In this document: positions 63,300 to 64,000 of the stretch, piece after piece
Layout of the letters: every line of letters begins with the position of its first letter
How positions within the stretch are numbered: the stretch's first letter is position 1
Source of the DNA: Octopus bimaculoides
Taxonomy: Eukaryota
Reading direction: 5' to 3'
NCBI RefSeq assembly: GCF_001194135.2
Contig: NC_068983.1
Coordinates: forward strand, 162,447,370-162,511,369
DNA: 64,000 nt
The notes under the pieces: model-generated
What the model was told of the DNA's origin: nothing
Databases searched by the model: none
What the model saw: only the letters and a program-made list of their open reading frames with translations
Position numbers and translations under genes: made by a program

Positions 63300-64000
63300 T
63301 TCAAAAGGTGCATAGTTTAGTGGTTAGTGTTGGGCTTTTAATCATGAGGTTGTGAGTTTGATTCCCGACCCGGGCTGTATGTTGTTTTCTTGAGCAAGAC
63401 ACTTTATTTCACATTACTACAGCTTAGTCAGTTGTAGCAAGGAGTTACGATGTCACTGGTGCCAAGCTGTATCAACCTTTGCTTTTCCCTTGGACAACAT
63501 TGGTTGTGTGGAATGGTGGGAAGGCTGGTATGCATAGGTGACAGTTGGTCTCCCACAAACAACCTTTCCTGGACTTGTGCCTTGGAGGGGAACTTTCTAG
63601 GTGTAACTCCATGGTTTTGACCAAAGGAGGCCATATATATACATATATATATATATATGTATATATGTATATATATCTTAGAAACGTTAGCACATTAGTT
63701 GTGTGAAAATGTTGGCCATTTTTTGGAAATGGGAATTCATGACAGTTTTATAAGCAAGTTTACACTTGTGAGGGAATCACGTTGTGGCACAGAGATGTCT
63801 AAAAAGCAATTTAATTGTCCTGTTTCTCTGATCTTGATGTTTCTTAGGAACTTTACTTAATGCAGGTGGTAGTGGGTTGATATACATCGACCCATCTACA
63901 TTCCGCCGTACTTCCACTGTTACGACAAGCACCAGTGCCAGTCAAGAAAGTGTTGTTACCATGGCTACAACAGCAAGTCAGCTGGCACGAGCATTTGGCA
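12083..64000 (+). CDS. UBR5: UBR5/hyd E3 ubiquitin ligase, partial multi-exon gene (35 exons in window; first exon not found; continues past window end)
   Basis: Spliced translation resembles human UBR5 as recalled ([30 protein letters not shown]; [28 protein letters not shown]; [10 protein letters not shown]). All introns GT-AG and phases join without frameshift. Confidence 0.97.
12327..12587. mobile_element. Fold-back element with ~65 bp inverted repeats plus ~55 bp tail
   Basis: ggagtaaagatt...gtaatttag inverted at ctaaattac...ctttactcc; CTATATACCT at 12317-12326 and 12588-12597. Confidence 0.8.
13017..13090 (+). CDS. UBR5: UBR5 exon 3
   Basis: [24 protein letters not shown]; phase 0 to 2. 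Confidence 0.9.
13604..14172. other. Assembly gap (N run)
   Basis: Other gaps at 21904-22315, 45841-46083, 1230-1239, 17375-17384 and 35300-35309. Confidence 0.98.
14173..14311. repeat. Partial copy of the 56 kb fold-back element (arm plus tail)
   Basis: Aligns by eye to ~56300-56422 (aaacataaggacacag...ctgtcacattaagttga). Confidence 0.75.
14606..14725 (+). CDS. UBR5: UBR5 exon 4
   Basis: [39 protein letters not shown]; phase 2 to 2; divergent sequence. Confidence 0.8.
15547..15594. repeat. Perfect 24 bp tandem duplication
   Basis: agcttaattgatggtgacctacat x2. Confidence 0.9.
15751..15919 (+). CDS. UBR5: UBR5 exon 5
   Basis: RWGSGSS...[17 protein letters not shown]. Confidence 0.93.
17033..17092 (+). 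CDS. UBR5: UBR5 exon 6 (UBA)
   Basis: [20 protein letters not shown]. Confidence 0.95.
18189..18282 (+). CDS. UBR5: UBR5 exon 7 (UBA end)
   Basis: [31 protein letters not shown]. Confidence 0.95.
19132..19389 (-). mobile_element. Full-length tRNA-headed, hammerhead-containing short retroelement (family HH-A prototype)
   Basis: Minus strand: A box TGGCATAGTGG, B box GAGTTCGATTCC, (AAT)n, hammerhead-like core (G5 mutated, CTAATGA). Flanks TGGTTATATACTT / TGGTAATATGCTT form a degenerate 13 bp TSD. Confidence 0.82.
20780..21190 (+). mobile_element. (ATG)n-tailed SINE-like element (family R) with ~4 internal ~62 bp repeats
   Basis: gccagt...gactggctcc...gtggcacataaaaagcac units, then ggcgttaggaagggcatccagctg...gttaaacgatgatg. 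Most abundant repeat here (>20 pieces, both strands). Confidence 0.8.
23303..23788. mobile_element. Head-to-head inverted pair of HH-A element
   Basis: Minus arm ~23303-23560 and plus arm ~23562-23788; 12 bp direct repeat AATAATCATCTT at 23291-23302 and 23789-23800. Confidence 0.85.
23695..23740 (+). ncRNA. Minimal hammerhead motif with stem II mismatches
   Basis: gacac-CTGATGA-a-gactg...caacc-GAAACGTT-gtgtt: 5 bp stem I, two stem II mismatches. Confidence 0.5.
26113..26247 (+). CDS. UBR5: UBR5 exon 8
   Basis: [30 protein letters not shown]. Confidence 0.94.
27006..27226 (+). CDS. UBR5: UBR5 exon 9
   Basis: [24 protein letters not shown]...[15 protein letters not shown]. Confidence 0.92.
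28133..28255 (+). CDS. UBR5: UBR5 exon 10
   Basis: [41 protein letters not shown]. Confidence 0.95.
29147..29415 (+). CDS. UBR5: UBR5 exon 11
   Basis: [20 protein letters not shown]...[20 protein letters not shown]. Confidence 0.95.
29972..30080 (+). CDS. UBR5: UBR5 exon 12
   Basis: [21 protein letters not shown]...VVAGSL. Confidence 0.94.
31062..31539. mobile_element. Second copy of the 12.3 kb fold-back family with a SINE in the spacer
   Basis: ~105 bp inverted repeats and same tail; AATTTGTGTG at 31052-31061 and 31540-31549; SINE ~31195-31368. Confidence 0.8.
31624..31903 (+). CDS. UBR5: UBR5 exon 13
   Basis: [16 protein letters not shown]...[14 protein letters not shown]. Confidence 0.95.
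32053..32174 (+). CDS. UBR5: UBR5 exon 14
   Basis: [40 protein letters not shown]. Confidence 0.92.
33120..33872 (+). mobile_element. piggyBac-like internally deleted element
   Basis: TTAA-cacgttgcctgcca ... tggcagtcaatgtg-TTAA; acidic N-terminal remnant [21 protein letters not shown] at ~33375-33575. Confidence 0.75.
33577..33642. repeat. (TA)n/(ATATAG)n microsatellite inside the piggyBac-like element
   Basis: Direct reading. Confidence 0.85.
36714..36839 (+). CDS. UBR5: UBR5 exon 15
   Basis: [10 protein letters not shown]...[18 protein letters not shown]. Confidence 0.95.
37922..38200 (-). mobile_element. Family R SINE copy (antisense)
   Basis: Begins catcatcgtttaac; reverse complement of the family core. 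Confidence 0.78.
38690..39069 (+). mobile_element. tRNA-headed SINE family C
   Basis: Head tggcccagtggttag...ggtttcaattccc; 3' part recurs at ~19635-19875 (+) and ~8850-9030 (-). Confidence 0.75.
39398..39509 (+). CDS. UBR5: UBR5 exon 16
   Basis: [20 protein letters not shown]...ILAVAVDCE. Confidence 0.94.
40008..40162 (+). CDS. UBR5: UBR5 exon 17
   Basis: [31 protein letters not shown]. Confidence 0.93.
40866..41242. mobile_element. Head-to-head inverted pair, subfamily HH-B
   Basis: Both arms carry CTGATGA...GAAAC; ACAATTTAT repeated at 40857-40865 and 41243-41251. Confidence 0.82.
41148..41193 (+). ncRNA. Minimal type I hammerhead ribozyme motif (best-preserved copy, sense to UBR5)
   Basis: gacac-CTGATGA-a-ggctg(gagagtaaat)cagcc-GAAACGTT-gtg: intact core, 5 bp stem II, 3 bp stem I, palindromic AACGTT. 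Activity not shown. Confidence 0.65.
41290..41603 (+). mobile_element. Family R SINE copy
   Basis: Same core and ATG tail; lies inside a TTAA-type MITE. Confidence 0.78.
41900..42091 (+). CDS. UBR5: UBR5 exon 18
   Basis: [34 protein letters not shown]. Confidence 0.95.
43329..43413 (+). CDS. UBR5: UBR5 exon 19
   Basis: [28 protein letters not shown]. Confidence 0.9.
44378..44515 (+). CDS. UBR5: UBR5 exon 20
   Basis: ...[27 protein letters not shown]. Confidence 0.93.
44656..45193. mobile_element. hAT (Charlie-like) MITE with nested SINE
   Basis: TIRs cagtggttcccaacc / ggttgggaaccggtg; exact 8 bp TSD GTCTAGAT; SINE ~44752-45060. Confidence 0.88.
45487..45601 (+). CDS. UBR5: UBR5 exon 21
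   Basis: [37 protein letters not shown]; phase 1 to 2. Confidence 0.85.
46534..46676 (+). CDS. UBR5: UBR5 exon 22
   Basis: [11 protein letters not shown]...[11 protein letters not shown]. Confidence 0.92.
47649..47860 (+). mobile_element. SINE-like family B
   Basis: gctggcagaa...gagttcaaa...gcctttcatcc...aagtaccag. Copies at ~1603-1805, 6915-7070, 20003-20205, 56505-56720 (+) and 38200-38320, 55545-55720 (-). Confidence 0.72.
48003..48204 (+). CDS. UBR5: UBR5 exon 23
   Basis: ...[30 protein letters not shown]. Confidence 0.93.
48906..49276 (+). mobile_element. tRNA-headed SINE family A, near full-length
   Basis: A/B-box-like head, internal (TG)n, AAAAG tail. Pieces at 1-205, 5505-5825, 6007-6135, 42476-42680, 51770-52030 (+) and 3360-3490, 10860-11120, 16300-16420, 17335-17545 (-). 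Confidence 0.8.
49652..49889 (+). CDS. UBR5: UBR5 exon 24 (start of UBR-box)
   Basis: [17 protein letters not shown]...[18 protein letters not shown]. Confidence 0.96.
50740..50831 (+). CDS. UBR5: UBR5 exon 25 (UBR-box zinc finger)
   Basis: [30 protein letters not shown]. Confidence 0.97.
51522..51733. mobile_element. Tc1/mariner MITE
   Basis: TA-cagggtggcccaaaagtag ... ctacttttgggccatcctg-TA. Confidence 0.85.
52280..52406. mobile_element. 127 bp Tc1/mariner MITE
   Basis: Perfect 29 bp TIRs cagggtgtccacaaagtctgggtacacgg; TA at left. Confidence 0.85.
52765..52911 (+). CDS. UBR5: UBR5 exon 26 (UBR-box end)
   Basis: [24 protein letters not shown]...LVTLPNS. Confidence 0.96.
53082..53203 (+). 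CDS. UBR5: UBR5 exon 27
   Basis: [19 protein letters not shown]. Confidence 0.94.
53316..53445 (+). CDS. UBR5: UBR5 exon 28
   Basis: [32 protein letters not shown]. Confidence 0.95.
54967..55072 (+). CDS. UBR5: UBR5 exon 29
   Basis: [26 protein letters not shown]. Confidence 0.95.
56000..56478. mobile_element. Fold-back element: ~108 bp inverted repeats plus one-sided tail, hammerhead remnant in spacer
   Basis: 56000-56108 is inverted at ~56263-56372; right arm plus tail recurs at 14173-14311. Confidence 0.75.
56115..56151 (-). ncRNA. Decayed minimal hammerhead motif (family HH-D)
   Basis: Minus strand cagg-CTGATGA-t-gag(caaaaa)ctc-AAACATGTC-cctg: 4 bp stem I, ACATGT palindrome, GUC site, G12 missing. 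Confidence 0.55.
56778..56944 (+). CDS. UBR5: UBR5 exon 30
   Basis: [15 protein letters not shown]...[17 protein letters not shown]. Confidence 0.95.
57910..58277. mobile_element. Head-to-head inverted pair of HH-A element
   Basis: Minus arm to ~58146; plus arm from ~58153 lacks the tRNA head; TTAATGTTATT / TTAATGCTATT at the flanks. Confidence 0.82.
58312..58492 (+). CDS. UBR5: UBR5 exon 31
   Basis: KCKRAFQAL...[25 protein letters not shown]. Confidence 0.95.
59249..59422 (+). CDS. UBR5: UBR5 exon 32
   Basis: [17 protein letters not shown]...ISGDVEE. Confidence 0.95.
60234..60354 (+). CDS. UBR5: UBR5 exon 33
   Basis: [17 protein letters not shown]... Confidence 0.93.
60680..60955 (-). 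pseudogene. Tc1/mariner-superfamily transposase catalytic-domain fossil
   Basis: [16 protein letters not shown], frameshift, then [21 protein letters not shown]...[12 protein letters not shown]. Confidence 0.85.
61151..61285 (+). CDS. UBR5: UBR5 exon 34
   Basis: [25 protein letters not shown]...ATAGSDA. Confidence 0.95.
62154..62420 (+). CDS. UBR5: UBR5 exon 35
   Basis: LAYFSEDSG...DEQLERR...[11 protein letters not shown]. Confidence 0.94.
62960..63064 (+). pseudogene. Tc1-like transposase fossil (different family)
   Basis: [34 protein letters not shown] resembles [20 protein letters not shown]. Confidence 0.8.
63306..63615 (+). mobile_element. tRNA-headed SINE family D
   Basis: tagtttagtggttag...gagtttgattccc head followed by ttgagcaagacactttatttcac; inverted pieces at ~9540-9660 and ~30650-30830. 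Confidence 0.62.
63848..64000 (+). CDS. UBR5: UBR5 exon 36 (runs off window)
   Basis: [14 protein letters not shown]...[12 protein letters not shown]; 5' end ambiguous (63848 or 63866). Confidence 0.9.

Overview
AT-rich animal genomic DNA. The repeat families suggest a coleoid cephalopod, probably Octopus (inference). The window lies inside one large + strand gene, the E3 ubiquitin ligase UBR5 (hyd/EDD). I traced 35 consecutive GT-AG coding exons (12083-64000) with consistent phases. They cover the N-terminal region, UBA, the beta-propeller-like region, the UBR-box zinc finger and the acidic middle region. I did not find the start-codon exon, and the HECT/MLLE part lies downstream. Exon numbers assume one missing first exon. 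Introns contain several SINE families, hAT, Tc1/mariner and piggyBac-type MITEs with intact TSDs, transposase and Gypsy fossils, microsatellites and N gaps. The most notable signal is a ~257 bp non-coding element joining a tRNA-like Pol III head, an (AAT)n linker and a Penelope-type minimal hammerhead ribozyme motif. It occurs once as a single TSD-flanked copy and three times as head-to-head inverted pairs with a one-sided ~35 nt tail. Two unrelated families share this long inverted repeat + one-sided tail design, and one of them carries its own decayed hammerhead. All alignments and folds were done by eye; ribozyme activity is untested.
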